Source: Firmicutes bacterium CAG:534
GTDB lineage: Bacteria; Pseudomonadota; Gammaproteobacteria; Enterobacterales; Succinivibrionaceae
DNA: 64,000 nucleotides
NCBI GenBank assembly: GCA_963650525.1
Contig: CAVJLP010000002.1
Location: 3,816-67,815 of the forward strand
Direction: 5' to 3'
This document shows positions 38,160-48,756 of this stretch, piece after piece. Positions within the stretch are counted from its first letter, which is position 1, and the number at the start of each line of letters is the position of its first letter. The position numbers and the translations under genes were made by a program. The notes under the pieces are model-generated. The model was not told the origin of the DNA. It did not search any database and saw only the letters and a list, made by a program, of their open reading frames with translations.

Positions 38160-39758
38160 ATGAAAGATACCATTGCTGGAGCATTACCAATTATTGTTAC
38201 CAACTATGCTAGAACCTTCGGCGTTAACGTGCGTATGCAGGGCAGTCAGGCGTATACAGACGGTAGACAGATCACTATTCCCCGTCTCAATCTGAAAGAT
38301 CCCATGAAGGCAAGACTTGCATATGGGTATCTTGCTCATGAGGCTGCTCATTTGCGCTACAGCAATTTTGAAAGCTTCAGAAAGACCTGTGACAATTTCC
38401 TGTTCAAAAGCCTAGTCAATATTCTTGAGGATGCGCGCGTTGAACGGCTGATAGGTTCATCTTTTATTGGGGTGTGGGAAAATCTGGAACTGTTAAATTC
38501 GTATGATGACGGACAGTGGGAGCAATATGCCAAAAGTATCTCATCACTGCCGGTACTGCAGGTGTTGCTTTCCTTTGTGCTGTGCTATGCAGGAAGCTAC
38601 AGTCAGCGTTTTGCTGTTCTGCGAGGGCGGGCGGCACTGCTTTATAGGAATTTAAGAGCCCGTATGGATCATAAGTGTCTGCGGGCGCTCTCCAAGACCA
38701 CCTTGAAGGTGGTATATGCCAAGAGCACTCAGCAATGTATCGAAATAGCAACTGAAATCATTGCAATTTTAAATACCCCAAAATGTTTTAAGGAAAAGGC
38801 CCAGTACGATAAAGACGCCTATCCAAAAAGAAGACGTAGAACACAGGGGCCGAAGATGACCTCGGAGCTTTGGGGACATTGTTATGCCTTAAAGGATAGT
38901 ACTGCCAATACCTTTGAAAACGTATCACCGCTTTGCAATCCGGCGGCAACACTAAGTGCAGTCTATGAGTCAATGGAGAGCGCGCGTGATGATCTAGGCG
39001 CCTTTGAGGCTGCACAGTGCAGTATGGGCAGAGCTGATTTTATCAATAAAATTGAAGGCTCTGCAGAGCTCAGACGTCGCTTGCTTTTTAGGATCAGAAC
39101 CTACATTGATTCTAAGGGGGGCAAGCACAGAGCAGGCCGTCGCATCAATCCATATAAAGCTGTTTTAACAACGCTTGGTGAGGATCATATCTTCTATGAC
39201 AGGGTAGATGAGGAGGGGTTGTCTACTTCTGTGCATCTTCTGGTAGATGTTTCAGGATCCATGCTTACATGTGACGGTGAGGAGCTGTCTCGCTGCGAGG
39301 CTGCATGCAGATGTGCGCTATCACTTGCTATGGCCTTAGACGGTGCCGATGGCATTGTGCCTATGTGTTCATTTTTTCCAGGCCTTAGAACAGAGATTGA
39401 GGTAGCTCTGCGTGCAGGACAGAAGGTTAGAGCTCAGGCAGCTTATTTTGATCAAAAGCCTAGAGGCTCCACGCCACTTGCTCAGGCCTTGTGGCATGCG
39501 GCTGCCTGCGTAAAGGAAACTCGCTGCAAAAGACATATAGTACTGGTATTGACTGATGGGATCCCAGATAGTGTCAAGCAAGCACGTCTTGCATATGAAC
39601 ATCTAAAAGGGCAGGGAATTGAGGTTTACGGTATTGGAATAAGACTGGATTTTATCAAGAGCCTGATCCCAAACAGCAGGATTATAAAATCTCCATCTGA
39701 GCTTGATAATGCTATGTTTTCATTATTAGAAAGCGTAATTGTGCCATCCTTGGAATAA
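38160..39758 (+). CDS. CobT/NorD-like protein: N-terminal HExxH module + C-terminal von Willebrand factor A domain
   Basis: AYTDGRQITIP....YLAHEAAHLRYSNF....NILEDARVE (HExxH plus downstream Glu). C-terminal MIDAS motif HLLVDVSGSM ... STPL ... VLTDG. Confidence 0.75.
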   Translation: MKDTIAGALPIIVTNYARTFGVNVRMQGSQAYTDGRQITIPRLNLKDPMKARLAYGYLAHEAAHLRYSNFESFRKTCDNFLFKSLVNILEDARVERLIGSSFIGVWENLELLNSYDDGQWEQYAKSISSLPVLQVLLSFVLCYAGSYSQRFAVLRGRAALLYRNLRARMDHKCLRALSKTTLKVVYAKSTQQCIEIATEIIAILNTPKCFKEKAQYDKDAYPKRRRRTQGPKMTSELWGHCYALKDSTANTFENVSPLCNPAATLSAVYESMESARDDLGAFEAAQCSMGRADFINKIEGSAELRRRLLFRIRTYIDSKGGKHRAGRRINPYKAVLTTLGEDHIFYDRVDEEGLSTSVHLLVDVSGSMLTCDGEELSRCEAACRCALSLAMALDGADGIVPMCSFFPGLRTEIEVALRAGQKVRAQAAYFDQKPRGSTPLAQALWHAAACVKETRCKRHIVLVLTDGIPDSVKQARLAYEHLKGQGIEVYGIGIRLDFIKSLIPNSRIIKSPSELDNAMFSLLESVIVPSLE

Positions 39759-39811
39759 GTCCTAGGTCATATTCAGTTGCCCTTTTACTCTTGAAAAAGT
39801 TGTTTTTTAAA

Positions 39812-39847
39812 GCCTGAATTTAAAAATCGTCTAAGCATAATTCAGGC
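39812..39847 (+). terminator. Hairpin downstream of the vWA gene (possible terminator)
   Basis: gcctgaatt / aattcaggc (9 bp, 18-nt loop). Only a weak T-tract follows (aatgctttt). Confidence 0.35.
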
Positions 39848-39987
39848 AATGCTTTTGTATCAGTGCACAAAATTATGGATTAGCGTTAAGACGGCGTAAA
39901 ATTTTTGCATGTATACTGTTGCAGAATTTTTATGTAGAAATTTTTGGGGGAGTTGTTTCATGTTTGTGCTGAAGGACAGGTCTTAGA

Positions 39988-41070
39988 ATGTTACGCAGTG
40001 ATTTTAATTTTGATCTTCCACATGAACTGATAGCTGAATATCCAAGTGAGGCACGTACAGGCTGTCGTATGCTGTGCCTTAATGGTCAGGATGGATCATA
40101 CAGGGATCAGCATTTTTATGATCTAAAGAACTTCTTAGAGCCAGGGGATCTGTTGGTATTTAATGATACCAAGGTGATCCCTGCAAGACTTTACGGTCAT
40201 AAGCAAACCGGTGGTGCTGTAGAGTTTTTAATTGAGCGTATCGTAAACGAAACCTCCGCCCTGTCTCATATGAAAGCCTCTAAGGCCTGTAAGGCTGGAG
40301 CGGTGATTTTGCTTGAAGGCGGTCAGAAGCTTACAGTGACCGGACGTGATGGTGAGCTTTTTAAAATTGAAACCACAGATGGTTCACCTATCCTTGATTT
40401 ATTAAATGCGGCCGGGCATATTCCGCTTCCTCCCTATATTGATAGACCTGATGAGGCTGTAGACAGAGAGCGTTATCAGACTGTGTACAGCAAGGTTCCT
40501 GGTGCTGTAGCAGCACCGACTGCGGGACTTCATTTTGATGAAAAGCAGCTCTCCGAGCTTAAGGAGATGGGCGTAAATCAGGTATTTTGTACTCTGCATG
40601 TAGGCGCTGGGACCTTCCAGCCTGTAAGAGAGGATGATATCAGTGCCCATCATATGCATTCAGAATTTGTCCACCTGTCAAAAGAGGTTGCAGATGCTGT
40701 AATTGCCACGCATAAGGCCGGACATAGGGTAATTGCTGTCGGAACCACTGCTGTACGTTCACTTGAGAGTGCTGCACAGTATGCAGAGAAGATAGGCTCA
40801 AGCGATCCCATTGTCGAGTTCTCTGCTGATACCTCTATTTTTATCTATCCTGGATATAAATACCGTGTCATCGATGGCCTGATCACTAATTTTCATCTGC
40901 CTGAATCTACACTGATTATGCTGGTATCTGCCTTTGCAGGCTACAGTCATACTATGCAGGCTTATTTGCACGCAGTAGCTGAACGTTATAAATTTTTCAG
41001 CTATGGCGATTGTATGTTTATTACCAAAAATGACAGAGCTGCAGAAGATCTGCCCCCGTCAGCTAGGTGA
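39988..41070 (+). CDS. queA: S-adenosylmethionine:tRNA ribosyltransferase-isomerase
   Basis: [62 protein letters not shown]. Confidence 0.96.
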   Translation: MLRSDFNFDLPHELIAEYPSEARTGCRMLCLNGQDGSYRDQHFYDLKNFLEPGDLLVFNDTKVIPARLYGHKQTGGAVEFLIERIVNETSALSHMKASKACKAGAVILLEGGQKLTVTGRDGELFKIETTDGSPILDLLNAAGHIPLPPYIDRPDEAVDRERYQTVYSKVPGAVAAPTAGLHFDEKQLSELKEMGVNQVFCTLHVGAGTFQPVREDDISAHHMHSEFVHLSKEVADAVIATHKAGHRVIAVGTTAVRSLESAAQYAEKIGSSDPIVEFSADTSIFIYPGYKYRVIDGLITNFHLPESTLIMLVSAFAGYSHTMQAYLHAVAERYKFFSYGDCMFITKNDRAAEDLPPSAR

Positions 41071-41123
41071 TCTAGTAGAATAGCGAAGTTTTATTGCTGG
41101 TACTCTTAGAAAAAAAATAATAA

Positions 41124-42245
<1,122 letters not shown>

Positions 42246-42397
42246 TTTTTGTAAATGACCAAGATAACCTTCTGTGGCTATGTTGCGAGCCTTGATTGCA
42301 GTATAGCCATCTACCCTGTGGCAGTAGATCTTCTAAGAAGTAGAGCGCAGGATGCATTTGCGATTAGTTAACCATCAGAGTGGTAATGGAGTAAAAA

Positions 42398-42655
42398 GTG
42401 GAAGCTAAGAGTCGTAGAGAAATATTTGCAGAGAATGCTGAGCTTTTAATAAAAGCCACAGCGGGTGATGCAACTCTTAGTGCACTTGTATCTGCGCAGA
42501 ATAGCTTTGTTGTATCATTGTTAGATGAGCTAGACGCTCAGTCAAAGTTACTTGCAGAGCAAAAGATTCTTATAGACAAGCTTACAGCACTTGTATTAGA
42601 GCTTAATGCTAAGTTAGACAAAAAATCCAAAACTTCTCGCAAAGCCAATAACTAA
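42398..42655 (+). CDS. Hypothetical 85-aa coiled-coil protein (GTG start)
   Basis: ORF with a heptad-like Leu pattern and a basic tail (KLDKKSKTSRKANN). Followed by a good terminator. Lies between tgt and yajC, where E. coli has no gene. Coding status is uncertain. Confidence 0.35.
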   Translation: MEAKSRREIFAENAELLIKATAGDATLSALVSAQNSFVVSLLDELDAQSKLLAEQKILIDKLTALVLELNAKLDKKSKTSRKANN

Positions 42656-42683
42656 TTTTTAGAAAACTTTCACAGAAAACAGC

Positions 42684-42722
42684 AAAAACCGCGAAAGCCC
42701 CCATAGGCAATCGCGGTTTTTT
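42684..42722 (+). terminator. Rho-independent terminator upstream of yajC
   Basis: aaaaaccgcga / tcgcggttttt stem (16-nt loop) running into a T6 tract. Confidence 0.65.
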
Positions 42723-42809
42723 GTCATATATATCACGTTATTTGTGTTATATTAGTCAGCTGTATTTAAGTCAGCCCCTAAGGGGCATCAACACTGCAGG
42801 TTATAAACA

Positions 42810-43310
42810 ATGAATATTATTTCAGCCGCTTACGCCGCCGATGCCGCTCCACAGGCTGGTGGTGATCTTTCCATGATCATCGTTCTGTCTGTATGTATGA
42901 TCGCCGTCTACTTCTTCATCATGCGTCCTAATTCCAAGAAGCGCAAAGAGATGCAGAAGCTTCTAGATAATCTCTCTGTGGGTGATGAGGTTTTAACCAA
43001 TGGCGGTATTGCAGGTCGTATTGTTAAGCTTCCTGACAATAAGGAATATGTTTTAGTTGACGTCGCTGATGGCGTTACCATGCAGATGAAGCGCAACTAT
43101 GTAGTTGCAGTTCTTCCTAAGGGCACCTTGATTGCTATTGCTGTTGAGAAGAAAAACGCTGCTAAGAAAAATACCAAGAAGACTGTAGCTAAGGCTGCAA
43201 TTTCTTCTGCAGAGAGCAAGGCAGAGGCTACTAAGGAGACTGCTACTGAGTCTGCCAGTGAGTCAGCTACACCTGTCATTGATTTGGCCAAGGCTGAAGA
43301 AAACAAGTAA
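42810..43310 (+). CDS. yajC: Preprotein translocase subunit YajC with Ala/Lys/Ser/Thr/Glu-rich C-terminal extension
   Basis: YajC core IIVLSVCMIAVYFFIMRPNSKKRKEMQKLLDNLSVGDEVLTNGGIAGRIVKL. 166 aa, versus about 110 in E. coli. Confidence 0.9.
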   Translation: MNIISAAYAADAAPQAGGDLSMIIVLSVCMIAVYFFIMRPNSKKRKEMQKLLDNLSVGDEVLTNGGIAGRIVKLPDNKEYVLVDVADGVTMQMKRNYVVAVLPKGTLIAIAVEKKNAAKKNTKKTVAKAAISSAESKAEATKETATESASESATPVIDLAKAEENK

Positions 43311-43333
43311 TTTCTTAATATTACCTCTATTAT

Positions 43334-43353
43334 GGCCGCGCATTGTCGCGGCC
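43334..43353 (+). other. GC-rich intercistronic hairpin between yajC and secD
   Basis: ggccgcg cattgt cgcggcc (7-bp all-GC-rich stem) followed by tgatttc. Confidence 0.6.
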
Positions 43354-43372
43354 TGATTTCAAGAGTTATAAA

Positions 43373-45256
43373 GTGCAAAACAAATTCCCTTTGTGGAAGA
43401 ATATTATGGTGGTGCTGATCATTCTGATCGGTGCTTTCTATGCTCTTCCTAATCTGTATGGTGAAGATCCTGCCTTACAGATCTCTGGTGCCAGAGGTCT
43501 AGATGTAGAGGAGGCGACTCTCACTAAGGTGCAGCAGGCACTTGAAAGCAAGAATATTACCGGTGACTATGAGTTAGAAAATGGTCAGTTACTGGTTCGC
43601 TTCAAGAATACTGAAGAACAGTTGCTTGCTCGCGATATTGCCAATCAGGTATTAGACGACAATTACGTTACTGCTTTAAATTTAGCTCCTGCAACCCCTG
43701 CATGGATGCGTTCTATGGGTATGCATCCTTTGAAGCTAGGCCTCGACCTTCGTGGCGGTGTGCACTTCCTTATGGAAGTAGACATGGATTCTGCTATGAA
43801 GAAGATGACCGATCAGCTAGTAAACGATTTTAGAACTGAGCTACGTAACGCAGGTATCCGTCTTGCCGGTGCCAGAGCTGAAGGTGAAAATGTAGTTGTT
43901 GCCTTCCGTGATGCACAGACCCGTGATGAGGCTTTGAAGACCTTATCCTCACGTCATAAGGATTTTAAGCTTCAGGATTACGACAATCCTAATGACGGTC
44001 GTTTCTATATTCGTGCCTCAATGACTCCTGCCAAGCTCTCTGAAGTCCGTACCAATGCAGTTGATCAGAATATCAACATCATCAGAAATCGTGTTAATGA
44101 GCTAGGCGTTGCCGAGCCTTTGGTACAGCGTCAGGGCGCAGATCGCGTGGTAGTTGAGCTACCTGGTATTCAGGATACCGCCCGTGCCAAGGAAATTTTG
44201 GGTGCTACTGCAACATTGGAGTTCAGACTTGTTGATAACACAGCTGATGTCGGTGCTGCAGCTTCTGGTCACGTTCCTGCCGGTACTGAGGTGCTCTACG
44301 ATCAAAGACATTACCCAGTGGTGGTTAACAAGCAGATCATCTTAACTGGTGATCATATTGTTGATGCCTCATCAAGCACTGATGAAAACGGTCGTCCTCA
44401 GGTAAATATTTCCCTAGATTCCCGCGGTGGTACTATTATGTCCACCTTCACTAAGGATAATATCGGTAAGCCTATGGCTACAAACTTTATTGAGTTTAAG
44501 GCCATTGAAAGCGAAGATCCCAATGCATTAAAACCAGGCGATCCAGGCTACAAGCCTAAGTTCCGTAAGGTAGAGCAGATCATCAATGTGGCAACTATTC
44601 AGTCACGTCTGGGCTCAAGCTTCCGTATTACAGGCATCAGCTCCAGTAAGGAAGCTCATAACCTTGCACTGCTCTTACGTGCAGGTGCCCTGATTGCTCC
44701 TATTCAGATTGTTGAAGAGCGTACCATTGGACCGTCACTAGGTCAGCAGAACATTGATAACGGTTTGAAGGCTATGTTCTACGGTATCTTCTTCCTGCTT
44801 GTGTTCATGATCATCTACTACAAGGGCTTTGGCTTAATTGCAAATCTTGCCTTGCTCTTTAACCTAGTGTTGCTTGTAGGCATCATGTCATTAATTCCTG
44901 GTGCCACCATGACGCTACCAGGTATTGCAGGTATCGTGCTCACCTTGGGTATGGCGGTGGATGCAAACGTGCTTATCTATGAGCGTATCCGTGAGGAGCT
45001 TCGTGCAGGACGCCCTGTACAGGTAGCAATTCATGAAGGCTATGCTCGAGCTTTTGTTACTATTGCCGACTCTAATATCACTACCTTCATTACAGGTCTC
45101 ATCCTCTTTATGGTTGGTACCGGTTCTGTAAAAGGCTTTGCATTAGTGTTAATGATTGGTCTTGCCAGCTCCATGTTTACCGCAGTTACTGCCTGCCGTG
45201 CCATTGTTAACTGGATTTGGGGCTCTCGCACCAACCTTAAGAAGTTGAGCATTTAG
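43373..45256 (+). CDS. secD: Protein translocase subunit SecD
   Basis: [37 protein letters not shown] aligns with E. coli [37 protein letters not shown]. GTG 43373 is preferred because the TTG 43343 of the ORF track sits in the hairpin loop. Confidence 0.92.
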   Translation: MQNKFPLWKNIMVVLIILIGAFYALPNLYGEDPALQISGARGLDVEEATLTKVQQALESKNITGDYELENGQLLVRFKNTEEQLLARDIANQVLDDNYVTALNLAPATPAWMRSMGMHPLKLGLDLRGGVHFLMEVDMDSAMKKMTDQLVNDFRTELRNAGIRLAGARAEGENVVVAFRDAQTRDEALKTLSSRHKDFKLQDYDNPNDGRFYIRASMTPAKLSEVRTNAVDQNINIIRNRVNELGVAEPLVQRQGADRVVVELPGIQDTARAKEILGATATLEFRLVDNTADVGAAASGHVPAGTEVLYDQRHYPVVVNKQIILTGDHIVDASSSTDENGRPQVNISLDSRGGTIMSTFTKDNIGKPMATNFIEFKAIESEDPNALKPGDPGYKPKFRKVEQIINVATIQSRLGSSFRITGISSSKEAHNLALLLRAGALIAPIQIVEERTIGPSLGQQNIDNGLKAMFYGIFFLLVFMIIYYKGFGLIANLALLFNLVLLVGIMSLIPGATMTLPGIAGIVLTLGMAVDANVLIYERIREELRAGRPVQVAIHEGYARAFVTIADSNITTFITGLILFMVGTGSVKGFALVLMIGLASSMFTAVTACRAIVNWIWGSRTNLKKLSI

Positions 45257-45269
45257 GAGTTCACTTATC

Positions 45270-46217
45270 ATGATGCAATTTATTAAAGAAGGGGTGGTGA
45301 TCCCCTTCATGAAGATTAAGATGGTCGTCGAGGTTATCTGTTTCCTGATGGTCATCGCTAGCATCGTCTCCATGTGTGTAAAGGGCCTGAACTGGGGCTT
45401 GGACTTCACAGGTGGTGTGGTCGTTGAGACTGAATACACCAATGGTGTAGATCTGGAGACTGTACGTCAGGCTTATTTAACTCAGGGCATTGAAGGCTCT
45501 GCTCAGTATTCAGGATCCACTAGATCAGTTATGGTTCGTGTGGCTCCTAAGGAAGGGCTTGATCAGCAGACCGTGACCAACAAGGTTGTTGCAGCCTCTA
45601 AAACCATCGATCCAAATGTAAAGCTCTCCCGTTCTGAATATGTCGGTCCTGCAGTTGGCGAGGAATTAGTTGAAAGCGGTGTGCTTGCCATTGTGGTTTC
45701 ACTCATTGCTATTTTGGCTTATATTGCTTTCCGTTTTGAGTGGAGAATGGCAACTGGTGCTGTGATCTCACTTGCTTACGATGTTATTGTGGTAATGGGT
45801 GTGTTCTCTTTCTTCCAGATTGAGTATGATTTGACCGTACTGGCAGCTGTGCTGACCGTGGTCGGTTATTCATTAAACGATAAGATCGTGGTGTTTGATC
45901 GTATACGTGAAAATGCAGTTAAGCTTGCCCGCGGTATTGAAATGCAGCATTTGTTTGACATTTCCCTGACCCAAACCCTTTCACGTACCATCATTACCTC
46001 AGGTACTACCCTCATCACCGTGGTATCACTGATGTTATTTGGTGGTCCTATGATCTATGGTTTCTCCTTGGCTTTGTTTGTAGGTATTGTGTTTGGTACC
46101 ATTACTTCAATCTATGTGGCCTCTACCTGGACATTGCTGTTAGGTATCACCCGTCAGCAGTTAGCTCCCCGTAAGGTTGAGAAGCATGAGACTGAAATCA
46201 TGGAGTCTATGGATTAG
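45270..46217 (+). CDS. secF: Protein translocase subunit SecF
   Basis: GLDFTGG, VGPAVGEEL, YSLNDKIVVFDRIREN. Follows secD. Confidence 0.95.
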   Translation: MMQFIKEGVVIPFMKIKMVVEVICFLMVIASIVSMCVKGLNWGLDFTGGVVVETEYTNGVDLETVRQAYLTQGIEGSAQYSGSTRSVMVRVAPKEGLDQQTVTNKVVAASKTIDPNVKLSRSEYVGPAVGEELVESGVLAIVVSLIAILAYIAFRFEWRMATGAVISLAYDVIVVMGVFSFFQIEYDLTVLAAVLTVVGYSLNDKIVVFDRIRENAVKLARGIEMQHLFDISLTQTLSRTIITSGTTLITVVSLMLFGGPMIYGFSLALFVGIVFGTITSIYVASTWTLLLGITRQQLAPRKVEKHETEIMESMD

Positions 46218-46223
46218 TCACAA

Positions 46224-47201
46224 GTGTCATCCATAAATTTAATCAAGGTCCTAGGCGCGACGGTTGCCTTGGGCCTTTGTTTGTCTTTGGCCTCCTGCTC
46301 AGCTGATAATGAGATGGTGGAAAGTGCCGGAGATCAGTTTAAAAAGCCTTTTTCCGTTAAGAGTGAGCATGTGATGTTTGCGCTTCCTTATTATGAAAGT
46401 GCAAGCCGTGATCAGATGCTGCTTATCAATATTTCACGCCTGCTTGATACTAAGGCGGTTACGCATAATGAGCGTGCGCAGGTTTTCTATGAGTTAGGTA
46501 TTATTTATGATCGTCTGGGCATGCAGACTACGGCCCGTGCGATGTTTATGAATGCTCTAAGTCAAAATCGACGTTTTGCTGCAGCCTATAATTTTATCGG
46601 GATCTATTTTGCCGAGGACGGCCGTTTTCAGGAGGCCTTAGATGCCTTTGATTCAGGACTTGAGCTTGATCCAGACGATGCCTATGTTAATTTTAACCGA
46701 GGCATAGTGCTGTATCTTGCAGGTCGTGCGGCTACAGCTCTGCCTGATTTTATAACCTTCTACAAGGCAGATAAAAACGATCCCTATCGTATGCTGTGGC
46801 TATACCTTTGCGAAAGTTCAATTATTGGAAGGGACAGAGCGCTCTCTGCTTTGAAGTTACGTTATTTACATGCCGATACTAAGGCCAAATCTGATAACTG
46901 GGGCTATAACATTGTTAAGCTCTATTTGGGTGAAACAAGTGAGGATGAATTTTTTGATGAAATAAAGACTCATCAGTCTAAAATTGAGGAATTTGCCGAT
47001 CACTTGTGCGAGGGCTATTTTTATCTGGGCATGCTACGTCTAATAGATGGTGATGATCATCTCTGTTATGATTTAATGTCATTATCTGCAGCTACACGCC
47101 GTTATGCTTTTTTGGAATATCGATATGCTGTGAGGATCCTAAAAGATTTAGGACGAAAACATAATATCTATAATGCAACAGGCGACAGCCCACGTCTCTA
47201 A
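46224..47201 (+). CDS. nlpI: Lipoprotein NlpI (TPR)
   Basis: Lipobox LSLASC. Collinear with E. coli NlpI: ERAQVFYELGIIYDRLGM, FNYIGIYF, AFDSGLELDP, DPYRMLWLYL, NIVKLYLGE, HLCEGYFYLG, LEYRYA. GTG start. Confidence 0.88.
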   Translation: MSSINLIKVLGATVALGLCLSLASCSADNEMVESAGDQFKKPFSVKSEHVMFALPYYESASRDQMLLINISRLLDTKAVTHNERAQVFYELGIIYDRLGMQTTARAMFMNALSQNRRFAAAYNFIGIYFAEDGRFQEALDAFDSGLELDPDDAYVNFNRGIVLYLAGRAATALPDFITFYKADKNDPYRMLWLYLCESSIIGRDRALSALKLRYLHADTKAKSDNWGYNIVKLYLGETSEDEFFDEIKTHQSKIEEFADHLCEGYFYLGMLRLIDGDDHLCYDLMSLSAATRRYAFLEYRYAVRILKDLGRKHNIYNATGDSPRL

Positions 47202-47213
47202 AGAGGAGTTTTG

Positions 47214-47570
47214 ATGAGTGATCCTAAAATTAATAGGGATGAGAGTTTATCTGGTGCCGAGATTACAGCTTTGAGGAATGCCATGCTTCCTCAGGATGAT
47301 GTAGATATCATCTCAGAGTTTTTCAAGGCTTTATCAGATCCTACCCGCATCAGTATTGTGGATGCTCTGCAGCAGCATGAGTGGCTGTGTGTAAGCGATC
47401 TTGCCGAAATTCTGGGGGTTACCAAATCTGCAGTTTCTCATCAGTTAAGTAATATGCGCTTAAATAAACTTGTGCGCCTTAAGCGTGATGGCAAGCGTGT
47501 TTTCTATGCCCTAAACGATGATCATGTTGAAAAGGTCTTCGCAATGGCTGTAACCCATATTCATGAGTAA
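47214..47570 (+). CDS. ArsR/SmtB-family metal-sensing transcriptional repressor (alpha5-site type)
   Basis: wHTH LSDPTRISIVDAL....LCVSDLAEILGVTKSAVSHQLSNMR. The C-terminal DDHVEKVFAMAVTHIHE fits the SmtB/CzrA alpha5 ligand pattern D-x-H-x10-H-x2-E. SD gaggag. Confidence 0.85.
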   Translation: MSDPKINRDESLSGAEITALRNAMLPQDDVDIISEFFKALSDPTRISIVDALQQHEWLCVSDLAEILGVTKSAVSHQLSNMRLNKLVRLKRDGKRVFYALNDDHVEKVFAMAVTHIHE

Positions 47571-47574
47571 TTCA

Positions 47575-48750
47575 ATGAATCGTCCTGTTTATTTAGATTA
47601 TGCCGCCGCAACTCCGACCGATCCTAGAGTGATTGAGGAGATGGTTCACTGCCTAAAGATCGATGGAGCCTTTGCCAATCCCCATGCCAAGGATCATGTG
47701 TATGGCTGGGAGGCTGCCGAGGCCGTGGAGAGTGCGCGTGACAGAGTAGCCTCCTTAATAGGAGTATCCCCACTTGAGATAGTCTTTACCTCAGGTGCAA
47801 CTGAAGCCAATAACCTTGCAATATTTGGTCTGTCTCAGGCACTTAAAGCAAAAGGAGACCAAAGACGTAGGGTGATCACCTCAAAAATTGAGCACAAGGC
47901 AGTACTTGAGGCCTGTGAGCGTCTGCAGTCTTGTGGCTATGAAGTTACCTACCTTACTCCACGAAAAGACGGGATCGTGGATGTCGAGCTTCTAAAAGAG
48001 CACTTTGATGATGATGTTTTTCTTGTTTCAATTGCTCAGGCAAATAGCGTATTAGGCTCGGTCTGTGATGTGGCAGCACTTGCCGCCTTCTGTCGCGAGC
48101 ATGGAGCCTTTTTCCATACCGATACTGCGCAAAGTGCCGGATATATAAAGAGTGATTTTGGCCATAATGATGTTTCACTTGCAACCTTAACCTCAGAGAA
48201 GATCTGTGGACCTAAGGGAGTTGGTGCTCTGTATGTAAAGCGCAGTCAGAATATTCCCTTAAATGCGCAGATCCTAGGCGGTGGTCAGGAGAAGGGAATG
48301 CGTGGAGGCACGGTTCCTACTCACCAGGTTGCAGGTATGGGCAAGGCCTTTGAGATAATGCAGAGTCAAGGCCAAGATGATGCTAAGAGAATGAATGCCC
48401 TGCGTGATAGATTAATTGCACGTCTGTCAAAAATTGATGGTGCAATTATAAACGGCAATCCTGAACATCATGTACCAGGAATTTTATCGGTAAGCTTTGA
48501 GGATGTTGATGGCGCCATGCTTATCCCTTCCTTATCAAAGATTGCTGTATCGGCAGGATCAGCCTGCTCATCTGCAACTCTCAAGCCTTCATATATTCTT
48601 ACAGGTATAGGTTTGTCTGAGGCTCTTGCCAGAGCCTCACTTCGTATTTCTTTTGGCCGTTTTACAACCGAAAGTGAAATCGATATAGCCTGTGATGATA
48701 TTGAACAGACAGTAGCAAAATTACGCTTAAAAGCAAAAAAACAGAGATAG
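47575..48750 (+). CDS. iscS: Cysteine desulfurase (IscS/NifS family, class V aminotransferase)
   Basis: MNRPVYLDYAAATPTDPRV aligns with E. coli MKLPIYLDYSATTPVDPRV. SKIEHKAV, HTDTAQS, PLP Lys in SEKICGPKG, active-site loop SAGSACSS. In-frame ATG 47563, which overlaps the arsR-family stop, is an alternative start. Lacks the E. coli C-terminal IscU-binding tail. Confidence 0.88.
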   Translation: MNRPVYLDYAAATPTDPRVIEEMVHCLKIDGAFANPHAKDHVYGWEAAEAVESARDRVASLIGVSPLEIVFTSGATEANNLAIFGLSQALKAKGDQRRRVITSKIEHKAVLEACERLQSCGYEVTYLTPRKDGIVDVELLKEHFDDDVFLVSIAQANSVLGSVCDVAALAAFCREHGAFFHTDTAQSAGYIKSDFGHNDVSLATLTSEKICGPKGVGALYVKRSQNIPLNAQILGGGQEKGMRGGTVPTHQVAGMGKAFEIMQSQGQDDAKRMNALRDRLIARLSKIDGAIINGNPEHHVPGILSVSFEDVDGAMLIPSLSKIAVSAGSACSSATLKPSYILTGIGLSEALARASLRISFGRFTTESEIDIACDDIEQTVAKLRLKAKKQR

Positions 48751-48756
48751 AACACT

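Noticed and set aside
38008-38190. 61-codon N-terminal extension of yejM in the ORF track that overlaps the start of the vWA gene.
   Set aside because: Homology to E. coli YejM begins right after Met at 38007. The extension would cover the divergent promoter and SD of the vWA gene.
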